From contig OZ244871.1 of the NCBI GenBank assembly GCA_965221105.1, forward strand, positions 511,648 to 575,647: a stretch of 64,000 nucleotides of DNA, read 5' to 3'. The DNA is from Pseudomonadales bacterium. Its GTDB lineage: Bacteria; Pseudomonadota; Gammaproteobacteria; Pseudomonadales; GM7GCV1. The position numbers were made by a program, and so were the translations under genes. The notes under the pieces are model-generated. The model worked only from the letters and a program-made list of their open reading frames with translations. It did not search any database and was not told the origin of the DNA. Below, piece by piece: positions 38,033 through 47,536 of the stretch (within the stretch, counting starts at the first letter, position 1; each line of letters begins with the position of its first letter).

Positions 38033-39991
38033 GTGCGCACAGGAACGCGCTTGCGGAACGCCATGCAGCATGGTGCCGTGACGCTGGCACTGATTTCGGG
38101 GTGGGCTCAGGCCATCACCCAGGAGGACATCAGGATTCCGCTTCAAGCCTGGGTTCACGATCCGGTCATTGCCAGCGTCGGTGTCAGCCCAGATGGCCAG
38201 CGCCTGGCGGCATTAACACTTCAGAATGTCAACGAGGCAGCGCAGGTGACCCTGTGGAGTACACATCAACTCCATGCCGAACCGGTTCGCTTCGCACCCA
38301 AAGACGCCAAAGCACTTTCCGTAGTTTGGCTCAGCAACACTGCGCTGGCAGTCGTGGGGCGCCAGAAGTTCGATTTCCGAACCGGCGGCAGACCTACCCG
38401 CTGGTTTCGGGACCTGATCTACATCTACGCCCTCGGACCAGATAACCAGGTAGTGCGCGAACTTCGGCTACTCGACAAGGAGGAAATCATTGGTTTCAGC
38501 ATCCAAAACCTTTTGAAGCTGGAAGCGGACAAGGTGCTGCTGCGGGTTACATCACGGGAGTTCATCACGGACCTGTATGAGCTTGACCTGAACACCTTCC
38601 GAACACGACGCGTTCATCGAGGATCGCCCAAAGCCGCTGCAATCACCAATTTCCGTGGTGAGGTCATGGCCAAAACGGAGTTTGAAGGCGGCGGTGATCG
38701 CGGGCCTCACATCCGATATTTTTACCGGCACCCGGAGACGGGTCAGTGGGAGCACCACCACAGCGTGTATGCCAAGGAACGGGAAGGCTTGACCCCGGTA
38801 GCCCAAGACCCGGACGGCCGAACACTGTACATGCTGGACAACACCGGCCGGGAGAACCGCGTGCTGCGCACGTACGACCTTGCGACCCGTGAACTCAGTG
38901 AACCGATTTTTGGCGAACCGGGGCTCGAGGTGATTGACGTCATGCAAAGTCAGCTGCTGGACTCTTATGGCGAAGTTATTGGCTTCGTCTACGCCGACGA
39001 CCAGTTGCGGCGCACATGGGTGCATCCGCAGTGGAAACGCCTGTACGAGATGTTGGAGAGCACGTTGCCGTCCGGACAGATGCATCTGATTATTTCAAGG
39101 TCCGATGACGGACATCAGCAGGTGGTTCACTCTACCGGCGACCGGGAGGCCGGCAGCTATTACCTGCTGAGCAACCACAGGGAACTGATACCCCTGGGGC
39201 GCGCCTACCCGCATCTCGACCCGAACAAACTGAGCGACATGCGCTATGTGGAATACCCCGCTCGGGACGGGTTGACCATTCCAGCTTATCTGACCCTGCC
39301 GCGCTATGGCGAAGCGCCGTACGCTGCGGTGGTGCTGCCCCACGGCGGCCCTTGGGCACGGGACTACTGGGGTTGGGATGCCTGGGTACAGTTTCTGGCG
39401 AACCGCGGCTATGCCGTCCTGCAGCCGAACTACCGAGGCTCCCAGGGTTTCGGGCAAAAGCTCTGGCGGGCCGGTGACCGCGAATGGGGCCAGAAAATGC
39501 AGGACGATAAGGATGACGGCGCGGCGTGGTTGGTTGATCAGGGTATTGCGCATGCGGACCGCATTGCACTCTTCGGCTATTCCTACGGCGGATACGCAGC
39601 CATGGCCGCAGCAGTGCGCCCAAACTCGCCTTTTCAGTGTGCCATTGCCGGCGCTGGCCTGTCCGAGCTGAGAACTTTCGACAAGATTATCTTTAAAGAT
39701 CCATATAACCGTGAATACCAACATCCTGCCGTGGCCGGGCTGTCACCCCTGGATCACGCGAACTCCGCCAGTATTCCCATCTACCTGTTTCACGGTGACC
39801 GGGATCAGCGGGTGCCTGTGGAGCAGTCCCGCAAGTTCCAGCGAGCCCTGCGCCGGGCCGGTAAGACGGTGGAGTACAACGAGATTCCTGACCTCTGGCA
39901 CAGCACCCCCTGGTGGCCCACGCACCGCATGAATCTGTTCGAAAACCTGGAAGACTATCTGGCCAGCCGCTGTGGGCCAGGGGGGTTATGA
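38033..39991 (+). CDS. S9-family serine peptidase (prolyl oligopeptidase / dipeptidyl aminopeptidase-like)
   Basis: N-terminal beta-propeller-like region. Catalytic domain VVLPHGGPWARDYWGWD...RIALFGYSYGGYAAM (GxSxGG)...FHGDRDQRVP...H. GTG start 3 nt after the TBDR stop. Confidence 0.88.
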   Translation: MRTGTRLRNAMQHGAVTLALISGWAQAITQEDIRIPLQAWVHDPVIASVGVSPDGQRLAALTLQNVNEAAQVTLWSTHQLHAEPVRFAPKDAKALSVVWLSNTALAVVGRQKFDFRTGGRPTRWFRDLIYIYALGPDNQVVRELRLLDKEEIIGFSIQNLLKLEADKVLLRVTSREFITDLYELDLNTFRTRRVHRGSPKAAAITNFRGEVMAKTEFEGGGDRGPHIRYFYRHPETGQWEHHHSVYAKEREGLTPVAQDPDGRTLYMLDNTGRENRVLRTYDLATRELSEPIFGEPGLEVIDVMQSQLLDSYGEVIGFVYADDQLRRTWVHPQWKRLYEMLESTLPSGQMHLIISRSDDGHQQVVHSTGDREAGSYYLLSNHRELIPLGRAYPHLDPNKLSDMRYVEYPARDGLTIPAYLTLPRYGEAPYAAVVLPHGGPWARDYWGWDAWVQFLANRGYAVLQPNYRGSQGFGQKLWRAGDREWGQKMQDDKDDGAAWLVDQGIAHADRIALFGYSYGGYAAMAAAVRPNSPFQCAIAGAGLSELRTFDKIIFKDPYNREYQHPAVAGLSPLDHANSASIPIYLFHGDRDQRVPVEQSRKFQRALRRAGKTVEYNEIPDLWHSTPWWPTHRMNLFENLEDYLASRCGPGGL

Positions 39992-40318
39992 GGCCGCGCC
40001 GGGCGAGCGATGGCTCGGAATTGATCACGTACACCCTGCACAAAGGCACAAATCGACGCTTTGATACGGGCACAGGGTTCACTCCGATCAACACATACGA
40101 GCGGTCGCCAATCGCACATGCTTCTGCGGTGCTGGATGTCTGACTGAAAGCGCCCCGTCGTCGCACGTCTCATTCCACATTCGACAATGCTCTTGCAAAA
40201 CCCCGCCAAGCCCCTTAGGCTTCGCCTCGTTCAACGTATCATGTCGGGCGCGATTCGGAGATAGAACTGTGCCCGTCTCTGCGTGAGTTGTTGTGGTCGG
40301 CCGATTGGCGACTGCGTC

Positions 40319-42667
40319 ATGAGGTACCCTAATGTGACCGATACGTTCATATCCCGGTTTTTCGAACTGATTGTGCATAGAGCGCTGTCTGCACTTCTTG
40401 CAGTGATGCTGTGCGTCGCCGCTCTTGCGGCCGGGCTCCAGCATCTCACCACTGCGGGCGTGGGCATCCGAACCCAGTTTCAGGAAGACGATCCCCATCT
40501 GCTCAGGCTGGAAGAATTCGAAGCGACCTACGCCGTGTCCGACAGCGCACTCATCGTTGTCGCGCCGCCCGGCGATAGTGTGTTCACTCGTGATGCGCTG
40601 GTTGCTGTCGAGCGGTTGACCGACGCGCTGTGGCACGCACCCTACGTTGTACGTGTGGACTCGTTAACGAATCACATGCATATCGAAGGAACCGAGGACA
40701 GCCTGATCATCGGACCGCTCGTCGAAGATGCTGCCTCGCTTGACGGCGCCATGATCGACGAGACTCGATCAATCGCACTCACCAGTTGGAACACGGCTGG
40801 CCGCCTGGTTTCACGCGATGGTCGCCTCGCTGGCCTGATCGTCAGCCTCGCCCTCCCCGAGTCAGAGGAAGATCGGGAACAGGCGGAGGCTGAGGTCGTC
40901 GAGGCCTTCTACGATATTGTTGATGCACAAGGCACGGCACACCCCGAATTTTCCTACTATGCATACGGCGAGATGCTTCTTGCTGAAGACATTCGAAATG
41001 CGGTGGATGAGGACATGTCCATTCTCGCGCCGACTGCCTTCGCGACAATGATGCTGGTTGCCATCCTCGTGTTGCGCTCATTCTGGGGTGTCGTGGGAAT
41101 CCTGTTCATGATTGTTTCGGTGATGCTGTCAAGCTTCGGGTTCGCAGGCTGGTCGGGGCTGAAGTTCTATGCCTCGAGCGGTGCCGCCATATTCGTCCTC
41201 ATGGCAATCGCCATCGCCCACTCGGTCCACCTGATCCACGGCGTGATCAATGGAATGTGTGAGGGAATGGACCGCACTTCTGCAACGCTTCATTCGCTGA
41301 GAACACATGCCCGTCCGATTTTCCTTACATCACTGACGACGGCGATCGGCTTCCTGAGCTTGAACTTTTCGGAAATGCCTCCATTCCGAGTCATGGGAAA
41401 CATCGTCGCGTTCGGGTCCATGATCGCGTTTGCCTATTCGGTCACGCTCCTGCCTGCCTTGATGTCGATAGTCCCCATGAAAATACCTTCGAGGGCTCCC
41501 GCACAGCAGGAAGGGAACGCTGTTTTTTCCGAGCGTCTGGGGCATTTCGTGATTTCCCATAGTGTCAAGCTGCTTTGGATTTTTGTGGCCCTGGCGATTG
41601 TGAGCGCATTTGGAATCGCCCGAATCGAGCTGGACGACAACAATGCCAAGATACTCAATCAGAGCTACCAGCTTCGCCAATCCGCCGACTTCATCGACGA
41701 GCACTTCTCGGGACTGGATTCATTGGAGTACTCGCTGGATTCAGGACAGGAAAACGGGATCATTGACGTCGAATATATACGTCAGGTTGAGTCGTTCGCG
41801 AACTGGCTCCGCCAGCAACCCGAAGTCAACCATGTTTCCTCGATTGCCGATGTTCTGAAACACCTGAACGAGACCCTGAGCGACGAAGCGGACGGCTCTG
41901 AGCGCCTGCCCGAGGATCCTGATCAGATCGCTCAGTACCTGCTTCTGTACGAACTCTCCCTTCCTGTCGGGCTTGACCTGAACAATCTCATAAGCTTTGA
42001 TCGCTCGGCCAGTCGCTTGACGGTGTCAATACAAGGGCTCTCGGCGAGGCAGCAGATCGAGTTTGATGAACGTGCTTCGACCTGGCTTCGGGAAAACGCC
42101 CCCAATATCCAGACTGGCGCAACAGGTGTCATCATGGTCGGCGCTTATGCAGTGATCAGAAATATCACGAACATGCTGATCGGAACCATGGTGGCCATGT
42201 CCATCGTCTCCCTGCTGCTGGTCTTCGTATTCAGGAGTGTGCGCTTGGGACTGCTCAGCCTCGTTCCCAATTTCCTGCCGGCAATCATGTCGATGGCTAT
42301 CTGGGGCTATGTGGTCGGACACGTTAGCGTCGCGGCTTCTATCGTGACAGCAATCGCGTTTGGCATCGTCGTCGATGACACCATTCACCTGATGTCGAAA
42401 TACCTGAGAGCCCGTGCTGAGGGCAATTCACCCCCTGAGGCAATCCTGCCGACATTCAGGCTCGTGGGAAGACCGTTGCTTACGACAACCTTGATTTTTG
42501 CGCTGGGCTTCCTCGTTTTTGGCGCATCAGGACTTGTGGCTAATCAAACGCTCGGCATACTGGTCGGCATGACGGTCGTCATCGCGCTCGTGGCGGATTT
42601 CCTTCTCTTTCCGCCGCTCCTGCTCGCTCTTGACAGGAACGAAAAAAATGCTGAGGCCAGGGTTTAA
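40319..42667 (+). CDS. RND-superfamily exporter, MMPL/HpnN-like (COG1033 type)
   Basis: About 780 aa with two 6-TM bundles separated by large periplasmic domains. ATG 40319 (MRYPNVTDTFISRFFELIV). No AcrB-type motifs; the architecture is that of MMPL lipid exporters. Confidence 0.8.
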   Translation: MRYPNVTDTFISRFFELIVHRALSALLAVMLCVAALAAGLQHLTTAGVGIRTQFQEDDPHLLRLEEFEATYAVSDSALIVVAPPGDSVFTRDALVAVERLTDALWHAPYVVRVDSLTNHMHIEGTEDSLIIGPLVEDAASLDGAMIDETRSIALTSWNTAGRLVSRDGRLAGLIVSLALPESEEDREQAEAEVVEAFYDIVDAQGTAHPEFSYYAYGEMLLAEDIRNAVDEDMSILAPTAFATMMLVAILVLRSFWGVVGILFMIVSVMLSSFGFAGWSGLKFYASSGAAIFVLMAIAIAHSVHLIHGVINGMCEGMDRTSATLHSLRTHARPIFLTSLTTAIGFLSLNFSEMPPFRVMGNIVAFGSMIAFAYSVTLLPALMSIVPMKIPSRAPAQQEGNAVFSERLGHFVISHSVKLLWIFVALAIVSAFGIARIELDDNNAKILNQSYQLRQSADFIDEHFSGLDSLEYSLDSGQENGIIDVEYIRQVESFANWLRQQPEVNHVSSIADVLKHLNETLSDEADGSERLPEDPDQIAQYLLLYELSLPVGLDLNNLISFDRSASRLTVSIQGLSARQQIEFDERASTWLRENAPNIQTGATGVIMVGAYAVIRNITNMLIGTMVAMSIVSLLLVFVFRSVRLGLLSLVPNFLPAIMSMAIWGYVVGHVSVAASIVTAIAFGIVVDDTIHLMSKYLRARAEGNSPPEAILPTFRLVGRPLLTTTLIFALGFLVFGASGLVANQTLGILVGMTVVIALVADFLLFPPLLLALDRNEKNAEARV

Positions 42668-42684
42668 CTGAAGTGGGAATAGTG

Positions 42685-43494
42685 ATGCAAACAGCGAGTG
42701 TTCGGAGTGTGAGTCTGTGGATACTGGTAGGTGGCCTGCTGCTGGCCCCTCTGGCTGCGGCGGTGGATGCCGAGCCGAGTGCCGAGGAGAAGGGGCTGGC
42801 CATTGCCCGCGAGATGAAGGCGCGTGACAGCGGCTGGGGCGACAGCACAGCGACCATGGAGATGCTGCTCTACGGACGCAGCGGCACACCGGCACTCAGG
42901 GAAATGCGGATTCTGACCCTGGAAGTGGAGGACGACGGTGACAAGTCGCTGATCATCTTTGACACCCCTCGTGATGTCCGGGGGACGGCCTTTCTCAGCT
43001 TTACCCACATCGATAAGCCCGACGACCAATGGCTCTACCTGCCGGCCCTGAAGCGGGTCAAGCGTATCTCCTCAAAAAACAAGACCGGGTCCTTTATGGG
43101 CAGTGAATTCGCCTATGAAGACCTCAACTCGTTCGAGGTGGAGCGCTACCGGTATCTGTGGCTGCGGGATGAGGCCTGTGGGGAGCTGGTGTGTTACCTG
43201 GTCGAGATGACGCCGCTCGACAGCTATTCCGGGTACAGCAAGCAGCTGTTCTGGATTGACCAGGAGCACTACAGGATCCAGCGGGTGGATTATTATGATC
43301 GCAGGGACACGCTGGCAAAAACTCTGGAACTGAGCGAGTACACCCAATACCTGGATGTGTGGAGGGCACTCACCCAGTCCATACTCAATCACCGCAACAA
43401 GCGGAAATCAGTGATCCAGATGAGGGACTATGAGTTCAGAACCGGCCTGACGGAGGCGGATTTTACCTCGAACAGCCTCAGGCGCGCCCGCTAG
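42685..43494 (+). CDS. LolA-like outer-membrane lipoprotein-sorting protein
   Basis: Signal peptide, then RILTLEVEDDGDKSLIIFDTPRDVRGTAFL...DDQWLYLPALKRVKRISS...SFMGSEFAYEDL, the typical LolA_like family block that accompanies COG1033 exporters. Confidence 0.8.
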   Translation: MQTASVRSVSLWILVGGLLLAPLAAAVDAEPSAEEKGLAIAREMKARDSGWGDSTATMEMLLYGRSGTPALREMRILTLEVEDDGDKSLIIFDTPRDVRGTAFLSFTHIDKPDDQWLYLPALKRVKRISSKNKTGSFMGSEFAYEDLNSFEVERYRYLWLRDEACGELVCYLVEMTPLDSYSGYSKQLFWIDQEHYRIQRVDYYDRRDTLAKTLELSEYTQYLDVWRALTQSILNHRNKRKSVIQMRDYEFRTGLTEADFTSNSLRRAR

Positions 43495-43501
43495 CTGCGC
43501 C

Positions 43502-44719
43502 ATGGTGTGTCCGGGCCGGGTCTGGTGCACTCTGGGCATACTCCTGGTGCCTGCTGGCCTGATGTCAGGGTCGGCCCATGCCGAACTGCTGGGGTACGTC
43601 GGCGGCCAGGTTCGCTGGTTTCCCAGTGACGGGCTGGATCCCCGCCAGGTGGAGACCCAGATCTCCACAGTGCTGGCCCCTGAGTGGTTTACCCACTGGA
43701 ATGACGGCGATGACAGCGTCACTGTCAGCCTGTTCTACCGATACGATGCAGATGACGAGAAGCGCTCCCGTGGTGATGTCCGCGAGCTGTACTGGCAGCA
43801 TGTGGGTCATCAGTGGGAGCTGACCATGGGGATCAAGCAGATGTTCTGGGGGGTGACCGAGTCCCAGCACCTGGTAGACATCATCAATCAGATTGACCTG
43901 GTGGAAGCCGTGGACGGCGAGGAGAAGCTTGGGCAGACCGTGGTGCATCTCGCGCTGCTGCGAGACTGGGGGACACTTGACCTGCTGCTGCTCCCCGGCT
44001 TTCGCGAACGGACATTTCCCGGGACAGCGGGTCGTCTGCGCACGCACCCGGTCACTGTTGAGGCGGCGCGGTATGAGAGTGCCTCGGGCGATGATCATGT
44101 CGACCTTGCCGCCCGCTGGAGTCATGACATCGGGGCCTGGAGTCTGGGTGTCTCGGCATTTACCGGCACCTCCAGAGACCCGCTGATCAGGCTCTCTGCC
44201 CGGGATGGTGCGGCGATTCTGCAGCCGCTCTATCCCCAGATCCACCAGTTCGGACTCGAGCTCCAGTATCTCTCGGGTGACTGGTTCTGGAAGGCTGAAG
44301 GTAGTGCGCGTGACTACCAGGACGATGCGCTGGGCGGCGATGATTTCGGGGCTATGACCGCGGGGTTTGAATACACCCATGTCGCCCTGTTCGACACCAG
44401 TTGGGATCTGGGCCTGCTGGCGGAGTACTCGGCGGATACCCGGGAGACCTCGGAGGGTGCCCTGCTGCAGAACGACCTGTTTGCCGGCCTCAGGCTCAGT
44501 TTCAATGACCTTGGCAGTTCGGAGATCCTGCTGGGTGGCATTCAGGATCTGGACCGCTCCGGATCACGGTCGGTGTTTGTCGAAGCCAGCACCCGTTTTG
44601 GCAACGCCACCCGCGTCACCATCGATCTCTTCCACTTCAGTGCCGATGCAGAGGCGGATGCGCTCCATGCGTTCAGCCGGGACAGCTATCTGGAGATCAG
44701 CCTGAACTACCACTTTTGA
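43502..44719 (+). CDS. Putative outer-membrane beta-barrel protein (hypothetical)
   Basis: Signal peptide LGILLVPAGLMSGSAHA, alternating-residue strands, terminal ...LEISLNYHF (aromatic C-terminus). Third gene of the exporter trio. Confidence 0.6.
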   Translation: MVCPGRVWCTLGILLVPAGLMSGSAHAELLGYVGGQVRWFPSDGLDPRQVETQISTVLAPEWFTHWNDGDDSVTVSLFYRYDADDEKRSRGDVRELYWQHVGHQWELTMGIKQMFWGVTESQHLVDIINQIDLVEAVDGEEKLGQTVVHLALLRDWGTLDLLLLPGFRERTFPGTAGRLRTHPVTVEAARYESASGDDHVDLAARWSHDIGAWSLGVSAFTGTSRDPLIRLSARDGAAILQPLYPQIHQFGLELQYLSGDWFWKAEGSARDYQDDALGGDDFGAMTAGFEYTHVALFDTSWDLGLLAEYSADTRETSEGALLQNDLFAGLRLSFNDLGSSEILLGGIQDLDRSGSRSVFVEASTRFGNATRVTIDLFHFSADAEADALHAFSRDSYLEISLNYHF

Positions 44720-44879
44720 CCGCCACAGCCTCTGTCACCAACCCGCACCTGACGCACCGATGGTGCCCTTTCTGCTAGCGTTCGCCTTTCGCATGAACCG
44801 GAGGAAAAGCCTTTAGTCAGAAGGCCTTAGGGTCCGTCGTGCCCCTCGCCGCCGCGCGGCTCGAACGGGAGCCGCGACC

Positions 44880-45355
44880 ATGAGCGACAAGACCAAATCC
44901 ACATTCGCCCCACGCGTCCGCGCCATGCCGGTACTGTCGATGATGATGCGCATGGCCGAGCTTTGGGGATACCGCGTCCACAACCCGTACAAGAACGCCA
45001 AGCGATACAGGATGGAGCCGAAGGAGCGTTTCCTCACCGTCGAGGAAATGGTGCGGCTCAACGCCGTGATCGACGCGATCCCGCGCTACGGCCCCGATTG
45101 CTCGTATCTCTTTCCCGCCCGCCGGCGCGGACCATCGACAACATCGCCTCGCAATGGAACCGCATCCGCGACGAGGCTGGATTGTCCGGGCTGCGGCTTC
45201 ACGACCTTCGCCACTCCTTGGCATCCACTGCCGCCATGAACGGCTTGGACATGGTGGCTATCGCCAAGCTGCTCGGTCACGCGCTGGTCGAGACGACGGA
45301 GCGGTGCGTCTCTCTGTCCGACCAGTCGGCCACTGACGCCGCTCACTGTGATTGA
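44880..45355 (+). pseudogene. Tyrosine recombinase (phage-type integrase) remnant
   Basis: AELWGYRVHNPYKNAKRYRMEPKERFLTVEEMVRL (frame 1), then after a frameshift near 45130 ...WNRIRDEAGLSGLRLHDLRHSLASTAAMNGLDMVAIAKLLGH..TTER. The N-terminus and part of the catalytic domain are missing, and the catalytic Tyr context is degraded (RCVSL). Confidence 0.75.
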
Positions 45356-46407
45356 GGAGGATTGAAAATGTCCTCCAGCGTTTCAGCGCTGAGCAGAGCG
45401 TGCAGCCAGTGATCCAGTTGCGTGGCAGAGGCGATGCGCACCGCTTCGATGCACTGCTCGGAGAGATCGCCATATTTGAGACGCGCCAGTTGCAGGAAGG
45501 TCTCAGCTTTGCCCCTGGCTTCACCTTCAGCCATCCCAGCAGCCTTGCCTCTGGCTTCACCTCTGGCTTCACCTCTGGCTTCACCTCTGGCTTCACCCTC
45601 AGCCATCCCATCAGCTTTGCCCTGTTCGAACCAGGTTTCAGCAAGTGTGCCCATGAGAGCCTCCCATCGTTCCGGTTTCGCCTGACGCAGCGCAGCCTCA
45701 AGCATGGTCTGCGTAATCTTCTGATCACCTACTATATAGTGCAGAGTTGCCGATTCCAAGTCCGATCCATCGACAAGCGGGGCGATGATATCGGCCAGTT
45801 CCTCGTGCCCAATCCTGTCTCGCCGCGAGATATGCAGCACATGAAACACTGACCGGACTTCAGGGCGGGACGACATCTGCTCCAGGCTCATCTGACCAAT
45901 ATCACGCAGGACATAGGCCATGGAACGGCTGAATGGACGTATCTCCTCATCATCCTCGATCAGATCAAACAGGGAGCGCGGAACAGTCCAATTCATGGCG
46001 CCATGGTAGAAGACAATCGGAATGATCGCTGGCAATCGGCTCTTGAGGTCTGGATGCTCATCGGCATAGCGTTTCCAGATATTGATCATATACCCGGCAA
46101 GCTGGAGCGGGGTTTTCTGGTCCGGTTCGCTTTTGTGTTCAAGCAATGCGTAAATGAGCAGCGGAGTGCCACCATCCAGTGTCACCTCGAACAGTCGGTC
46201 GGCCTGGCTCCCGCGCAGGGCCTCATCAACAAAGCTGCCATCGATCAATCGCGGATCCTGCGCAGCAAGACGCGTGGCAATCGGCTCTGGCAGATGATCG
46301 CGCAAGACCTGTCCTGCCCGCTCAGGATTGGTCAGCAGGGTGCGGAACAGCGCATCGTGCCGCGTGGTCGGCAGGCCAGTTGGTCTTTTCGGTGTGTCTT
46401 CACTCAT
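45343..46407 (-). CDS. Rpn-family recombination-promoting nuclease / putative transposase (PD-(D/E)XK, YhgA-like)
   Basis: HDALFRTLLTNPERAGQVLRDHLP...ADRLFEVTLDGGTPLLIYALLEHKS...IIPIVFYHG. ATG 46407 preferred over the long track start 46653. The C-terminal region contains a GEAR x4 repeat. Confidence 0.8.
   Translation of the reverse strand: MSEDTPKRPTGLPTTRHDALFRTLLTNPERAGQVLRDHLPEPIATRLAAQDPRLIDGSFVDEALRGSQADRLFEVTLDGGTPLLIYALLEHKSEPDQKTPLQLAGYMINIWKRYADEHPDLKSRLPAIIPIVFYHGAMNWTVPRSLFDLIEDDEEIRPFSRSMAYVLRDIGQMSLEQMSSRPEVRSVFHVLHISRRDRIGHEELADIIAPLVDGSDLESATLHYIVGDQKITQTMLEAALRQAKPERWEALMGTLAETWFEQGKADGMAEGEARGEARGEARGEARGKAAGMAEGEARGKAETFLQLARLKYGDLSEQCIEAVRIASATQLDHWLHALLSAETLEDIFNPPQSQ
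45548..45595. repeat. 12-bp tandem repeat x4 (cctctggcttca)
   Basis: Four exact units, counted directly. Encodes (GEAR)4 inside the Rpn-like ORF. Confidence 0.95.
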
Positions 46408-46676
46408 AAGTACATCTCTGTCACTGCGCTCGTGTCCGGTCCCGAAGGTGTCGTACAGCCCGCCATCGCTGGGAGGCGATGATTGACACCCATCATCAAC
46501 TGGGATGGAATCGGTCGCCCGGCGGCCAGATGCGCTACTGGGCTCGCTCGGCGCGGCACGGGGTGCTTGGTGGCATCGGCTTTGGGTCAGTGACCTTTCA
46601 TTTGACGACCTGCCGGGTCTCGCCCCCGCGGATGTGCTGGCTCCTCGCCCCAAGTGGTGTTACAAGCCAGCCACAC

Positions 46677-47453
46677 TCAATACCCCAGAACACCGTAATC
46701 CCCGTCGACGATAAGGCGAATGGAGGTCCAGAGGCCCAGCAGTGCGAACAGCACCCAGGGCGAATTCAGCGCCCAGATATAGATGAGCATCTCACGTGCG
46801 CTGAGCCGGGCCTGTCGGTTCGCCACGAAGAAGCTGACCCAGTACACCGATGTCGCGTACGTCAACTGCCAGAACAGCATCGTTCCGACGATACCCACAA
46901 TCACCGCGGGCAACAGCTCGAACGTGAAAGCGGCATACAGGATCAAAGTTGGAACCGGAGTCAGGAAGCCATTGGCAATGTCCACGTTGAAACCGTAGGT
47001 GCGGCGGTCCGCGTAGGAACCATCGATTTGGGAATATGTCGCCCAGACCTCGGCCCAGACCATCGAGGACAATATTCGTCGAAGTGGAACCCTCGTGGTC
47101 AGGAATTCAACGGCCGCTGGCCGACCTGTTTCGAGCTGGCGGGCGCGCCAGTAATCGGCGCGTCGCTCGATGAGGTCACGCCTCAAGAACAGGCACATCT
47201 CCCAATAGCAGATCACCAGATTAATCGAAAAGAACAGGATCAGGAGGGCATGAACGATGCCGAAGTTTCCAAGGACCCAGTAGCGTGCACCGATTCCCGC
47301 CAATGTCAGGACCGCGATGATCAGGACTGTGAAGAGCCAGGCCGAAATTGTCGGCCTGGTCTCTCGTGCGTCGGATTCAGGATACGCGGAATCGGCACGG
47401 CGTTCGGTCATGTGCCCCAATCCGGGTGACACATAAATCGTTTTCCCCTGCAC
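46677..47453 (-). CDS. 4-TM membrane protein, EBP/EXPERA-like (possible sterol delta8-delta7 isomerase)
   Basis: Hydrophobic segments and spacing resemble emopamil-binding protein: VWATYSQIDGSYADRRTYGFNVDIANGFLTPVP vs human EBP [33 protein letters not shown]. The EBP His/Glu catalytic positions are not obviously conserved. Alternative start ATG 47411. Confidence 0.4.
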   Translation of the reverse strand: MQGKTIYVSPGLGHMTERRADSAYPESDARETRPTISAWLFTVLIIAVLTLAGIGARYWVLGNFGIVHALLILFFSINLVICYWEMCLFLRRDLIERRADYWRARQLETGRPAAVEFLTTRVPLRRILSSMVWAEVWATYSQIDGSYADRRTYGFNVDIANGFLTPVPTLILYAAFTFELLPAVIVGIVGTMLFWQLTYATSVYWVSFFVANRQARLSAREMLIYIWALNSPWVLFALLGLWTSIRLIVDGDYGVLGY

Positions 47454-47536
47454 TTCAAGTCGCCGTCAAGCTGGGTGTATATCAAGCACCCACACCACGC
47501 CCTCCGTCCGAACCGCCGCATTTCTGTGCGCATGAT

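Noticed and set aside
45548-45595. Checked whether the short tandem repeats here, or anywhere else in the window, could be a CRISPR array.
   Set aside because: The units are only 12 bp, contiguous without spacers, and lie inside an ORF. No repeat-spacer architecture or cas genes occur anywhere in the window.
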